From Octopus sinensis (Eukaryota), in contig NC_043000.1 in NCBI RefSeq assembly GCF_006345805.1, forward strand, positions 25,482,001-25,546,000: a stretch of DNA of 64,000 bases, read 5' to 3'. Made by a program: the position numbers and the translations under genes. Within the stretch, counting starts at the first letter, position 1, and each line of letters begins with the position of its first letter. The notes below the pieces were generated by a model. The model did no database searches. It was not told where the DNA came from and saw nothing but the letters and a program-made list of their open reading frames with translations. Shown one piece after another: positions 1 through 11,702 of the stretch.

Positions 1-180
1 AGAGGAGAAAAGTAGAAATTACCTCGTTTTCAGCTCTACAAAAATGTCCAGCAAACTGGACTCTTCTACCTTTCACAAGAGATGATACAGGTGGTAACTT
101 CCCATATATTTGTACTTTGGTTGGATGATGCTTCCACGAATGATATATTCTATTCACATCATCCAGCTTACTCTCCCTAA
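1..180 (-). mobile_element. Non-LTR retrotransposon RT C-terminal fragment
   Basis: Minus frame reads SWKHHPTKVQIYGKLPPVSSLVKGRRVQFAGHFCRAENEVIS, resembling the W...RR..FAGH C-terminal motif of LINE ORF2 proteins. Confidence 0.65.
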
Positions 181-1706
181 TCATCCTGCCTAGGATCATT
201 GTATACTCTCTCTTCTATTCTTCCTCAGTTATAGGCCCTTAGCCTTGCAATTTATGAGCCAACATTCACAAGTGCAGCTGTCAGGATTAAAAAGATCACT
301 GAGTACACAATGTAAAGTAGTTGATGCTAGGAAGGTCATCCAGCCATAGAAACCTTGCCGAATTAGGACACTGGAGCATTATGTCATGGGTTGGCTTCTC
401 AGATCTTGTCAAACCAGCCAACCCATAGCAGCATAGGAGTCAGATGTTATATGATGATGATTATCCCCAGGTTAGCTAAATCTGAGCAGACTTATAATCA
501 AAATCGTTTTTGAGAGCGGTTGGTTTCATTTTTAGTATTCTTGTTTGTGAGAGCAGCTGAGTATATTTCAGATATTCTCATTTTAAAAACCATCTCTGAC
601 CAATTGTTGAAACGTCATTGGTGTTGTCTTGTTGGGGGTTTGAGCTCTGTGAGTGCTCTTGTTATCATACTTATTCTATTGGCTTCTTTTGCCAAACCGT
701 TAAGTTATGGGTACGTAAACACACCAGCATCATGAGAATTATGATTTTTATCTGGACCAATCAGATTCTTGTATTTACATATGGTTAAACTGAGCCAATA
801 GCGAATCATGTGACTGCTGTCTGGACCAGTCAAAGTGACCACCCCATCGTTTATCTGGACATAAAACATCATATCCTCCAATATGCCCTTCTCCAATTCA
901 AGACAGTAAGATGCAATTTGAGGGAAATTTTACCGCTCTTTCTAGCTGGTTAAGCAACACTGAGTGGACAGTAATGAGTTTCCAAGGAAGCACAGTGACC
1001 ACATGGGTTCAATTCCCAGTGATAACTATTTCAGAAAAGCTTTTAGCAAATCCAGACCAAACCCCTACCCCTACCCCACCATCTGAAATCAATAGAAGAT
1101 AATTACTCGTTAATTTGACCTCTCATTATAAAAAGTCAGGCAACTGACCCAATTAATCACACTTGCATGTAATAAATATGCATTGGTTGATTGATTTAAT
1201 TAAAGCTTATATCCAATTAAGTTGTTCAGTCAATTAGAATTCAATCCAATCTATAATTCTTTAATTCCATTTCAACATTCTCTCTAATGCCAAGACACTA
1301 ATCCTAAAGCTACAAGTCTTTGATGATTCCATCACATTAAAAGCTCTTAGTCCTGTGTATTCTAGCACCCCACTCTACTGTTTTTCATTCAATCTGGCAA
1401 CGATACAACTCTTATGGTGGTGAATCAATGAAGGGTCCTGAAAATTGAAGAAATAATAGCTAAATCTTCCTCAAACCACATTAAAGACTTACTGTTAAAG
1501 ACTTCACATACTTGCTTTAACCACAAGCTGCCTATTAACTTATAAATGCTAATAATGAGCAAACCCCTTTAATATACATCCCTTACATGTTTTGCAGTAT
1601 GCTTACAGTAGGGAAGCTACTACATGATCACTGAATCTGTTAGAAATAGCAGCCAAGATATCTCAAATCACATCTTACTGTCCTGAGAAAAGTAAGATAC
1701 ATATGC

Positions 1707-2008
1707 CATTATTTACATTATTTACATTTGACAGATATTTGTCCTCATCTAGTTTGTTGTTAACACAATGTTTCGGCTGATATACCCTCCAGCCTTCTTC
1801 AGGTGTCTTGGGGAAATTTCGAACCTGGGTTCTCATTCCTAAGGTATTTTTCGATATTATTATTATCATTATTATTATTATTATTCAGGTCACTGCCTGG
1901 AATCGAACTTAGAATCTTGGGGTTAGTAGCCTGCGCTCTTAACCATCAAATGTAAATAATGTACATAATTATTCGTCTCTTAAATATAGAACTATAACAT
2001 TTCTCATT
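1707..2008 (-). mobile_element. tRNA-headed SINE-like element with hammerhead-like core, 5'-inverted copy
   Basis: Reverse complement of the 21.2-kb element from the tail back to the tRNA head (1707-1945), then a forward-oriented tail CAAATGTAAATAATGTACATAATT...TAGAACT (1947-2008). 15-nt inverted overlap: 1716-1730 vs 1947-1961. Confidence 0.75.
1762..1807 (-). ncRNA. Type I hammerhead-ribozyme-like motif
   Basis: GACAC-CTGAAGA-A-GGCTG-GAGGGTATAT-CAGCC-GAAAC-ATT-GTGTT. Stem II intact; CpG-to-CpA change at the cleavage triplet. Confidence 0.45.
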
Positions 2009-2662
2009 GTAATTCTTTTTCTTCCAGTTTCTGCCTGCCAAATCCACTCACAAGGCTTTGGTTGGCCCGAGGCAGTGGGATTGAACCTAGAACCAGGTAG
2101 TTGAGAAGCAAGCTTCTTACCACACAGCCATGCCTGCACCATTACATAAAGATAAATCTCATACAGAATAAGATGACAAGATAAAGTCAAGTTTGCAATA
2201 CTTACTGGATGATATGGTAGCTGCTGTCAAGTATTGGGTAACCTGAGGCAATCAGATTATCTGGTACATAGTCTTTAAGAGTTAGGTGAACTGAGGGTAA
2301 CCAGATGATCTGATAGCTACTCTCAGGAATTATCTAAACTAAGACAACTAGATGATCTGGTGACTGGTTTCAAAAGTTAGCACAACTAAGGACAATTGAA
2401 TGTTCCGATACCTTGTCACAAGAATTAACTGATCTGAGGTATTGGAAAATAAATTTAATCCATAATTAACTGTCATTGTATTTTCACAACAAAAATTGCT
2501 CCATCTAGGGCAGCAATGTAGTAATGGAATAATGGCAGTGAAGTAACCATCCCACTACTTTAACCAGGTGGCAATATTGCTTACCTAATAAAAACATTGA
2601 CAACCAGAGTCAACAACATTATTATTAATTAGCATCACAGGTGAAAATAATCATCTACTCAC

Positions 2663-2753
2663 CTTAGTAACTTTTACACCTGATGTTGATGTTTGTTTGG
2701 TGATCAAGTTATTACCTAACATTTTCCCAACCAATTCCTCAACTTTGTTTAAA
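2663..2753 (-). CDS. SUCLG2: SUCLG2 coding exon 4 (DLNKVEELVGKMLGNNLITKQTSTSGVKVTK)
   Basis: Matches the M-x-G-x-x-L-x-TKQT...GVKV segment of SCS beta subunits. TTCATTGCAG acceptor, AAG|GTGAG donor, 91 bp, phase 2 to phase 0. No further exon recognised in 1-2662, so the gene continues off the left edge. Confidence 0.95.
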
Positions 2754-2838
2754 CTGCAATGAAAGGGATATATTTGGACATTAATTTAAAATAAATAATT
2801 ATTTAACAGATGATATGGTCAAAGGCAAGACACGTAAC

Positions 2839-3159
2839 CAGTGGCAGACTGGGTCAAAAAGTATTGGTTGCCAGGAGACTAAGGGGCCCACCTGCAACTA
2901 CAAGGGGGTTCACCCACAACTACAATGCTATCGTTTTTTGTTTTTTTTTTTTTTTTTTTTTTGTTAAAATCATCCTTTTCAACTGTCTTCAAACACAGCC
3001 AGGCTGAAATAATTAATGCATTCTTCCAGGAGTGAATAAAAAATTTTCAAACTTGAGGGGATGGGTTTGATACTAACATGGGCCCCCATATATGGATTCT
3101 AATGGCGCAGGGGCCCACTTGCCATCAGGCAAGCTGGCAACCTGGCCAGTCCACCACTG
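2839..3159. mobile_element. Putative old hAT-like MITE
   Basis: TIR CAGTGGCAGACTGG / CCAGTCCACCACTG (12/14); TSD poorly conserved. Confidence 0.55.
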
Positions 3160-3444
3160 CATGCCAGCAGGGAAGATGGACATTGGAAAATGGTGATGAT
3201 GACTTTATTTACCAATGATTAGTATGCAGCTACCAATAAATACTGCAGCTACCAATAAATACTGGATTTCCTTTGTTCATTAATTAATATTCATTTCAGT
3301 CGATTATCAATGATTACTAACTTCCAAACTTTCCTCAATTACTAATTAATTTTAACTTCAACAAAAACAATGAAGAAAGGCAGTTTCGACAAATAGAACT
3401 GTCTTAAGTTTTTAACATTCTCCTAAAACTTCATGTGAATCCAT

Positions 3445-3503
3445 GGAGGAGGAGGAGGAGGAGGAGGAGGAGGAAGAAGAAGAAGAAGAAGAAGAAGAAG
3501 AAG
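3445..3503. repeat. Compound (GGA)n(GAA)n microsatellite, ~340 bp into intron 3
   Basis: Directly visible. Confidence 0.95.
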
Positions 3504-3845
3504 GCTTTCTTGCTTAATAATTTGTTTTAGAAGAGAACAGACCATTCCAAATCATTGACTCTAAAAACAGATTGGGAGGGAGTGAATGAGAGAGAGGGGT
3601 GAGGAGAGAGAGAGAGAAAAACTACTCTGAAATCTTTTGCTGCAATTAGTTGTCCATGGAAGCAGTCTGGTATGGCAATCAAATTTTATCAACATACAAA
3701 CAGAACATTGACCAACCAATATTTTCACAACCACAAGGCACTTGAGATAATCAAATTGATCAACAGACAGACAATTTGTTTGTCAGAAATGGAGAGAGAG
3801 AAAGAATTAGAGCAGGAACTTTGAAAAGTGACACATAATACTTAC

Positions 3846-3948
3846 TCTTTTGTTAAATGGACACCTCCTTTAAAGCCATTTGGTTGAAAGACACCTTTAC
3901 CACGGCCACCAGCCAATATCTGAGCTTTCACAACATATTCTTTACAAT
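3846..3948 (-). CDS. SUCLG2: SUCLG2 coding exon 3 (NCKEYVVKAQILAGGRGKGVFQPNGFKGGVHLTK)
   Basis: Contains the ATP-grasp signature KAQILAGGRGKG. CTTTATAG acceptor, GA|GTAAG donor, 103 bp, phase 1 to phase 2, in frame with exon 2. Confidence 0.97.
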
Positions 3949-4363
3949 CTATAAAGAAAGCAGAAAACATACATTCTTCATTTATTTCGTCTTTAGTGCA
4001 AGAATAAAGAAGATGGTTTCACAAACAGGCAGCAAGATACAGCACCATTCATGTACAGAAAATTCACCATAAGAAATTTCGCCATAATATAAGAAAATTC
4101 CCGATAAGATAAATTCACTTTATGGACAATGATTAGATTTATTATATCAGCATTTTTGAAATAAAATAGAAAGACTGATAAAAAGGTTTTATAAAAAGTA
4201 TTAAATTGGTAAGTCTTTATTCAACATCAAACATTAACCTTTAGTATTTAAACTGGCCAAATCTAGTCCAAATATTCTACTTGTTTTATGTTCAAACTGG
4301 TCAGATCCGGCTTCTCACACATACCTTCCAATCTTTAGTTAAATATATTCAATGAGAATATTC

Positions 4364-4647
4364 ATCATCATCATCATCATTTAACATCCGCTTTCCATGC
4401 TAGCATGGGTTGGACGATTTGACTGAGGTCTGGCAAACCAGACTCCAATCTGATCTGGCAGAGTTTCTACAACCTGATGCCCTTCCTAACGCCAACCACT
4501 CTGAGAGTGTAGTGGGTGCTTTTACGTGCTACTGGCATGAGGGCCAGTTTGGTGGTACTGCAACGGCCACACCAGAATGGTGCATTTTATGTGCCACCTG
4601 CACAGGAGCCAGTCCAACGGCACTGGTGACGACCTCGCTCGAATACT
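4364..4647 (-). mobile_element. RTE 3'UTR copy (further copies near 6715, 19319, 19735, 24420, 25082, 25780, 35310, 36660, 37207, 38520, 45500, 46370, 47310, 58030, 58720)
   Basis: (CAT)n-TTTAACRTCCGCTTTCCATGCTAGCATGGGTTGGACG...GATGCCCTTCCTAAYGCCAACCACTC, matching the 3' end of the ORF-bearing RTE copies. Confidence 0.85.
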
Positions 4648-4754
4648 GAATTTATATTGAGTGCTCAATTGTATCAAAGTATTAATACTATTAAAGTATT
4701 AATATATTTAATATGAGCGATATATACATATATATTTTTTAATAATATATTATT

Positions 4755-4870
4755 ATTATTATTATTAATATAAGGAAATTAATATCAAAACTCCTCAGAA
4801 AGATATACCCGTATGAAAATATCTTTCTGTGGAGTTTTGATATTAATTTCCTTATATTAATAATAATAAT
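4755..4870. repeat. 52-bp hairpin (51/52 paired, 12-nt loop) in SUCLG2 intron 2
   Basis: Arms 4755-4806 and 4819-4870; loop ACCCGTATGAAA. Confidence 0.9.
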
Positions 4871-4975
4871 GTATTAAGAAACATTCCTTCCAATGATATT
4901 CCAGATATAAACAATCACCTCATCAAATTTCTTGAAGCTACAAGATAATGCATGATTAATTGAAAATAATATGAA

Positions 4976-5334
4976 CAAGAGCACTCAGAGAGCACAAACC
5001 TCCGCCAAGGCAACACCAATGACCTCTCAACAATTAACTAGAGATGATTTTTAAATGAGAATATCTGAAATAAACTCAACTGCTCTCACAAACGAGAATA
5101 CTAAAAATGAACCTGACTGCTCGCAAAAATTAAGTTAAAAAACCAGAAAAATAATCCAGAATCTTTGTCCAGTGCTGGAATAATCCCAAAATCTAATTAG
5201 TTTGTGCCAGTCACAAGGCTAGACATCCCTGAAAGTTTCATCCGAATCCATCTAGTGGTTCTTGAGATATTTTGTCCACGGACAAACAAACATGACCGAA
5301 AACAATACCTCCGTCTTTGCTTAGGCAGAGGTAA
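4976..5334 (-). mobile_element. Helentron-associated (HINE-like) element
   Basis: Subterminal inverted ACCTCYGCC / GGCGGAGGT, 3' hairpin GTGCTC-TCT-GAGTGC, inserted at TT. Confidence 0.65.
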
Positions 5335-5569
5335 TAAATAAGCTTTACATTTGACAGAGAAAGCTGAATGCTAAAGGGTTAAAAAAAACATGATGAGGTC
5401 ATTTAAAAATTTGTTAAGACGAATTTTCCTATGGCAAAAATGTTTATGACAAAATTTCAAATAACCAGCATCATTACTTCAACCTTAGTAAAAACAAAAA
5501 ATAAATTTAGTCCCCTAAAGTAAATTAAGCCCTGAATCCTAGGACTCACAGGCCTGGATTTGGTTATTT

Positions 5570-5737
5570 ACAAAACTCCAGTCCATCACAGGGTTACTCA
5601 CTGGCAGTTGAGTGAACAAGAGCAACATCAAATGAAGGGTTTTACTCAAGAACACAATGCACTGCTTAGTCTAGGAATTGAAACCTCTATCTTGCAATCT
5701 TGAGTGTAACACCCTAACCACTACGCCACATGCCTTC
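5570..5737 (-). mobile_element. tRNA-headed SINE fragment, possibly V-domain type
   Basis: TGGCGTAGTGG...GTTTCAATTCC head, then AACCCTGTGATGGACTGG. Confidence 0.5.
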
Positions 5738-5813
5738 ACCCCACTATAGAGCCAAAAATTAAAAAAAAAGGTTCTATCACACACAACAGGTAAAAGATAA
5801 AGATAAAACTCAC

Positions 5814-5958
5814 TGAGACTCTTGGCTAAAGAACTAGAATTCTTAGCAGTGTCAGCAACACAGTTCTTTTGTACGTTAATGCCATAGTCGGCCATTAACA
5901 TTTTGCTTTGGTATTCTTGTAAGTTGAGCCATCGGACTTGGTTGAAGACAACTTTCGG
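5814..5958 (-). CDS. SUCLG2: SUCLG2 coding exon 2 (PKVVFNQVRWLNLQEYQSKMLMADYGINVQKNCVADTAKNSSSLAKSL)
   Basis: WLNLQEYQSK is the N-terminus motif of the GDP-forming beta subunit (the ADP-forming SUCLA2 has LSLHEY-type sequence instead). TTTTTGCAG acceptor, A|GTGAG donor, 145 bp, phase 0 to phase 1. Confidence 0.96.
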
Positions 5959-7062
5959 CTGCAAAAATGGAAAATAATTCATAATTAATAATGCAAAAAA
6001 GAAGAAAAAACAAAATCAATATCAAAACCAATTTAATGAAATTTAAAACTATTGTAAAAAGATTAGTTAATTATTACTGAATTTTTGAAGGAAAAAAAGT
6101 CTGGGTGTCCTATTTCCAAAAATATTATTGTTGGAACTGACTTTGTTAAATCCAAATTTTAGTTGAGATTAATAAATTAAATAGCAGACAAGTTTATCTT
6201 TTTCGCTGCCAGGCCACCCAAGACTGACCACTCTCGCTGCTGTGATACAAACTGTTTTAAAGTGGTCTAAATTAAAACACTCATTCTTTTATTCTTTTGT
6301 TTGTTTCAGTTATTTGACTGCAGCCATGCTGGAGCACCGCCTTTAGTCGAACAAACCAACCCCAGGACTAATTCTTTGTAAGCCTAGTACTTATACTATC
6401 AGTCTCTTTTGCTGAACTGCTAAGTTACATGGTTCTGGGTTCAGTCTGCTAAGTGGCACCTTGGGCAAGTCTTCTACTATACTCTCAAGCTGACCAAAGC
6501 CATGTGAGTGGATTTGGTAGATAGCCTGTTGTGTGTGTGGGTGGATGCATGTGTGCGAGTGTATGTGTGTGTGTGTGTGTCTGTCGGTCCCCCACTACTA
6601 CTACTACTTGACAACTGGTGCTGGTGTGTCCATGTCCCTGTAACTTAGTGGTTCAGCAAATAGAGACTGACAGAATAAGTACCAGGCTTAAAAGAGAAAA
6701 TAAACACTCAGGTCAATTCATCATCATCATCATCATTTAACATCCATTTTCCATGCTGGCATGGTTTGGACAGATTGACAGGATCTGGTGAGGACAGGAG
6801 CCATACCAGGTTTCCACTGTCTGTTCTGGCATGGTTTCTACAGCTGGATGCCCTTCCTAATGCCAACCACTCCACAGAGTGTATTGGATGCTTTCGACAT
6901 GGAACCATCACCAGTCCTTTTTACTGTTCATTCAACTAAAAAATAATTCTACAAGATGGTGCCCCAGCATGGCTGCAGTCTAATGACTGAAACAAGCAAA
7001 AGATAGAAGAAATAGCATCTGCTTTTATTTCCCCAGCCAAATTGAGACAATACAAAATACCA

Positions 7063-7450
7063 GGATCTTTTCACTTTGACCGGCAGATTTTTAAAATAAT
7101 TTCTTTATAACTAAACACTTTTAAACTTCGTATACTGGTAGTGTGTTACATAAAGCATCTTTTCTCTTGGCTTTCTTGAGAAAATTCTGTAGTTTGTAAG
7201 CTTATTTGTTGTTTAATTTTTTGCATTTCGGCAAAATATGGCAGATATTGTATTCACCTCAATAGACGTCATTGATTGGTTGAAATTGCCGAAATGCAAG
7301 AAATTAAACAACAAATAGCTTACAAACTACAGAATTTTCTCAAGAAAGCCAAGAGAAAAAGATGTTTTATGTAACACACTACCAGTATACAAAGTTTAAA
7401 AGTTACAAAGAAATTATTTTAAAAATCTGACGGTCAAAGCGAAAAGATCC
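7063..7450. mobile_element. Foldback hAT-type MITE with perfect 8-bp TSD
   Basis: TSD AAATACCA at 7055-7062 and 7451-7458; termini GGATCTTTTC / GAAAAGATCC; arms 7063-7234 and 7286-7450 are inverted copies. Confidence 0.88.
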
Positions 7451-8661
7451 AAATACCATCTTAGAAAGCACAATAAGTTTGAATGAACAATACTCAGCAC
7501 TGTAGACCAAAGCTTTCATCAGTCGGTCAATTATATCTCAGAATTAAATCCCCCAAAAAAACGAGTTCACAGCTGATCAATCTCTTTAAACCATTCCATA
7601 CCAACTTGCCTAAGACCACTTCTAGATTTATGATACAAACTTTCTGTCTTAAAGATCTAAATTTAAATCTTTCATCAAAATTTAATTTTGATTTGTGTTC
7701 TAAACACCTGCTCAATAATGGCAATTATTTTACTAAATCCATCAGGTATTTTTAAAATAAATTAAAACAAAGGCAGTGTGTTTCAACAACTGTTTATCAC
7801 CTGTGGACATGCTGACAAAATTAATAAACAACACAGCACCCATGACTTTCAGGAACATTTTCTAAAGCTAAGAATTGTTGAAGCATAGAATAAACTACTA
7901 GTGGATGGGTGTCGGGACACTGAATCCTTCAGGGCTTCCAGGCTTCCTGAAATTCAACCAACAGTATATCTGATGTCCCCATCAGTATACCTGAGAAATT
8001 AAGAGTGCAACATGGATATGACATGTTAGATTCTGTCCATTTCATGCCAGAGCAGAATACGGACATTAAATAATGAAGACAATGATGAAGATGGCTGTAA
8101 TCTAAATGCTGTTCACTCCTTGTGTGTGTGTGTGAGAGAGAGAGAGATGGAGAGAAAGAGAGAGAAAGAGAAATGGAGAGGGAGGGAGGGAGAGATTGGT
8201 AAATTCTGCATAAGGTATGTTTGTATAATTTTAGTAGCATTTGAAGCCAGAACTATTTTCTGATTCTGAGAAGTAAAACTAAAAGGAACCAAAACAAACT
8301 ACTTATTATGCAATCTTCACTTTGTGAAGAAGATATGGTCATCATGTTTATCAAATATTGGTAGGAAAAAAGAAAAAGAAAATTTCATAGCAGAAAACAA
8401 ATGAGAGATGAACCACTAGGCTTGCATAAGATATTAGTTCACAGAAGATAAGTTTCTTGAAAATTTTGATAACAAATTCTCCTGAGAAATTTATTGAGAA
8501 GATTAAAATAAAATGTCTAACCCAGAAAGATAATAAAAACCTACACCAGTAAAACAATAGTTAAGTTAGTGCTAAGATATCTTATATGAGAAACATTAAA
8601 GAGTCGTTCATTTTTCTATGCTAGCATGGGTTAGACTGCAACAAATGTAATCATCATCATC

Positions 8662-9430
8662 ATCATCATCAGATGGTTTGACAGGGGACCAGGAAGCTGC
8701 ACCGGGATCCAATCTGATCTGGCAGTGTTTCTACAGCTGGATGCCCTTCGTAATGCCAACCACTCCAAGAGTGTAGTGGTTGCTTTTCACATGCCCCTGG
8801 CATGAGCCAGTCAGCGGGTACTAGCATCGGACATGTTCAGATGGTGCTTTTTACATGCTACCGGCACAGGAGCCAGTCGAGGTGGGGGGATGGCATCAAA
8901 CACATTCGGATGGTGCTTTTTGTGTGCCACCAGCATGGGTGCCAGTCAGGAGGCACTGGCAATGACCCACACATGAATGGTGCTTATTGTGTGCCACAAA
9001 CATGGGAGCCAGTCAGGAGGCACTGGCAATGACCCACGCATGACTGGTGCTTATTGTGTGCCACAAATATGGGAGCCAGTCAGGAAGCACTGGCAATGAC
9101 CCACGCATGACTGGTGCTTATTGTGTGCCACAAACATGGGAGCCAGTCAGGAAGCACTGGCAATGACCCACGCATGACCGGTGCTTATTGTGTGCCACAA
9201 ACATGGGAGCCAGTCAGGAGGCACTGGCAATGACCCACGCATGACTGGTGCTTATTGTGTGCCACCAGTACGGAAGCCAGTCAGGTGGCACTGGCATCGG
9301 CCACAACTACAATTTCCATTTGATTGTGATTTTACTTGACTCAATAGGTTTCCTCAAGCATGGAATGTCACCTGATGATTCAAGAGTACTTTTTAAATGG
9401 GCTGGTTATGTGACACTGGTGTAGGCTAAG
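8662..9430 (-). mobile_element. RTE 3'UTR copy with a 67-bp tandem array (5 units, 8924-9258)
   Basis: GTGCCAC... unit starts at 8924, 8991, 9058, 9125, 9192 and 9259. Confidence 0.85.
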
Positions 9431-10194
9431 TAATAATTTTTATTATTTCATTAAAGCCACAAACTGACAGAATCATTATGCTTTGTGGCATTTCATTCGT
9501 CTTTATGTTCTGAGCTCAAATTCTGCCGAGGTTGATTTTGCCTTTCATCTTTTCGGGGTCAATGTAATTAACTCATTCCCACCTCCACCAAGCTGTCCTT
9601 GTGGCAAAAATCTGAAATAATTATTTCAAAACATATATGATACCTCTAGACATATTTCAAGCTTATTATGACCTCACCAGAGACGCATACACTTCACAAA
9701 ACTAGCTTTTGTAGTAATGGAGCATAACAAAGTAAATACATGAGATTGTATAATGGTTACATAGAAACAAGACACCATCTGCATGAAGAATAATAGTTAA
9801 GTTAGTGTTAACATGTTTAATGCAGTGGGTGGGAGCATATTAAAATTCTAACTTACAAGACACTGACCTAGAGGGCTTTTGCTGAAGCATTTAGTGTCTG
9901 TTCTCCAAGGAAAGCAAAGTTAGATCCAGAGAATGGATTTCTGTTGGGATGTCACCAACTTTCAGCAGACATCCAAGATTAATGAGAGAAAAAATATTTA
10001 AGAAAAAAGAATTTTCTTTAAATTGAAAGAAAGAAAAATAACCACAATCCTCTCATTTAAAATCAATCAATCATTTACTGATTATGAGGAAATTAATGGT
10101 TTTTAGAATTAGGTGTCAGACAGAAATTTGGTAATAGAGCGATGGTTGGAAAACCCAGATGAGAAATGTTATTTAACAGTAAATTCTACCAGCA

Positions 10195-10460
10195 ATGATG
10201 AGGATTATGACAGTGGTGGTGGTGGTAGTAGTTGTGGCGATGGCTGTGGTGGTGATGATAATGAAGGTGATGATGACGGAGGTGACCGATAAGGGTGGTG
10301 ATGATGGAGGTGGTGAATGATGGTGGTGGTGTGAGTGATGGTGGTGGTGTTGATGATGATGGTATTCACGATGGCAATGGTGTGAGTGGTGGTGGAAGGG
10401 ATGGCAATGACTGCAATCATGATGATGACGATAGTATTGGCAGTGGCGGCAAATAATGGT
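10195..10460. repeat. (GGT)/(GAT) low-complexity tract
   Basis: Source of the His/Thr-rich spurious ORFs. Confidence 0.9.
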
Positions 10461-11208
10461 CACTGCCACTAAAGCCTTCCCATCCAGCCACCACTACCTA
10501 CTCATCTATCCTCACTTCACATCACATTCCTATTCAGAGATAATATTGCAGTTTTCAATCACCAAATAGCAAGTGCCAGAGAGAGAGAGGAAAAAAAACT
10601 CCAAAAAGAGAGACAGACAGACCGACAGACAGAGAGAAGAGATATACAATGAATAAATAAATAAAATGATTCCTCGTTCCCACCACCACCCCCATTCTTT
10701 TCTCTGACTGTTTTGTTATCAATAATAGTTTACAGTTGATGAGATGACATTGGCTGACAATATGAAACGTATTTGTCACTTATATATGAAAAATAAAAAT
10801 GTCCATGATAGCACATCAGATACAAATGAAACAGATATTATTCTCTCATGAAAATACAATACCCAAAGTCTTCGCATTAAACCACTTGCCTCACACACAC
10901 ATACACACACACGCAAACCAATTTTTCTATTCATCATGATTCGACACAATTTCAATGAAACCTGGGAGGGTAAGAGAAAGAAAGAAAGACAGAGGGAGAG
11001 AGAGAGAGGAAAGAAAAAGAGAGAGGGGGGTAGATTAAAATGGCATTTGGCCTGAGATAGTTGCTTGCAGGGATACTTGACTTTTGACGTCTAAAAATGT
11101 GAAGTGTTTGGTTACATGTGCGTATAGGCCTGTGTATGTGCATGCATGCATGTCGACAGGACATGCACTTTTATGTTCTAAAACCAAGGTGTCACATAAA
11201 AAAGTATT

Positions 11209-11702
11209 TGTGTGGGTGCTGGTGTCACATAGAAAGCACTGATGCTGGTGCCATGTAAAATGCACTGGTGCCACATAAAAGGCACTGGTGCTGGTGTTAC
11301 GTAAAAGGCACTGGTGCTGGTGTCACGTAAAAGGTGTTGGTGCTGGAGTCACGTAAAAGGCACTGGTGCTGGTGTCACATAAAAGGCACTGGTGCTGGTG
11401 TCACGTAAAAGGCACTGGTGCTGGTGTCACATAAAAGGCACTGGTGCTGGTGTCACGTAAAAGGTGCTGGTGCCACGTAAAAGGCATTGGTGCTGGTGTC
11501 ACATAAAAGGCACTGGTGCCATGTAAAATTTGCCCAGTACCTTCAGTTAAGTAGTTGGCATTAGGAAGGGCCAGCTGTAGAAACCAAGCCAAAACCGACT
11601 ACGTAACCTGGTGAGCCCTCTGGCCTTGCCAGCTCCTGTCCAGCAATCCGTCCACATGCTGACATGGAAAACAGATGCTAACTGATGAAGATGATAACGA
11701 TG
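11209..11702 (+). mobile_element. RTE 3'UTR-type copy with a 26-bp tandem array (~11-12 units)
   Basis: Unit GGCACTGGTGCTGGTGTCACRTAAAA at 11281, 11307, 11333...; followed by TTAGGAAGGG..CAGCTGTAGAAAC and a GAT tail. Confidence 0.8.

Larger units (their letters stand above)
4238..5378. mobile_element. piggyBac-like MITE (same family) with nested insertions
   Basis: TTAA|CCTTTAG ... CTAAAGGG|TTAA; interrupted by an insert flanked by CCTTCCAAT (4324-4332, 4886-4894) and by a Helentron-like element. Confidence 0.75.

Noticed and set aside
705-896. Candidate SUCLG2 exon 5
   Set aside because: No match to the expected VMVAE...ETYLAILMDR...GGVDIEEVA segment in any frame I checked in 1-2662; the next exon is probably left of the window.
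8924-9258. CRISPR-like regular array
   Set aside because: Units are contiguous near-identical repeats with no unique spacers, inside a LINE 3'UTR in animal DNA with no cas genes.
10173-10469. His/Thr-rich ORFs; also poly-Ile/Leu ORFs at 22684-23408 and Tyr-Ile ORFs at 55191
   Set aside because: Reading frames through microsatellites.
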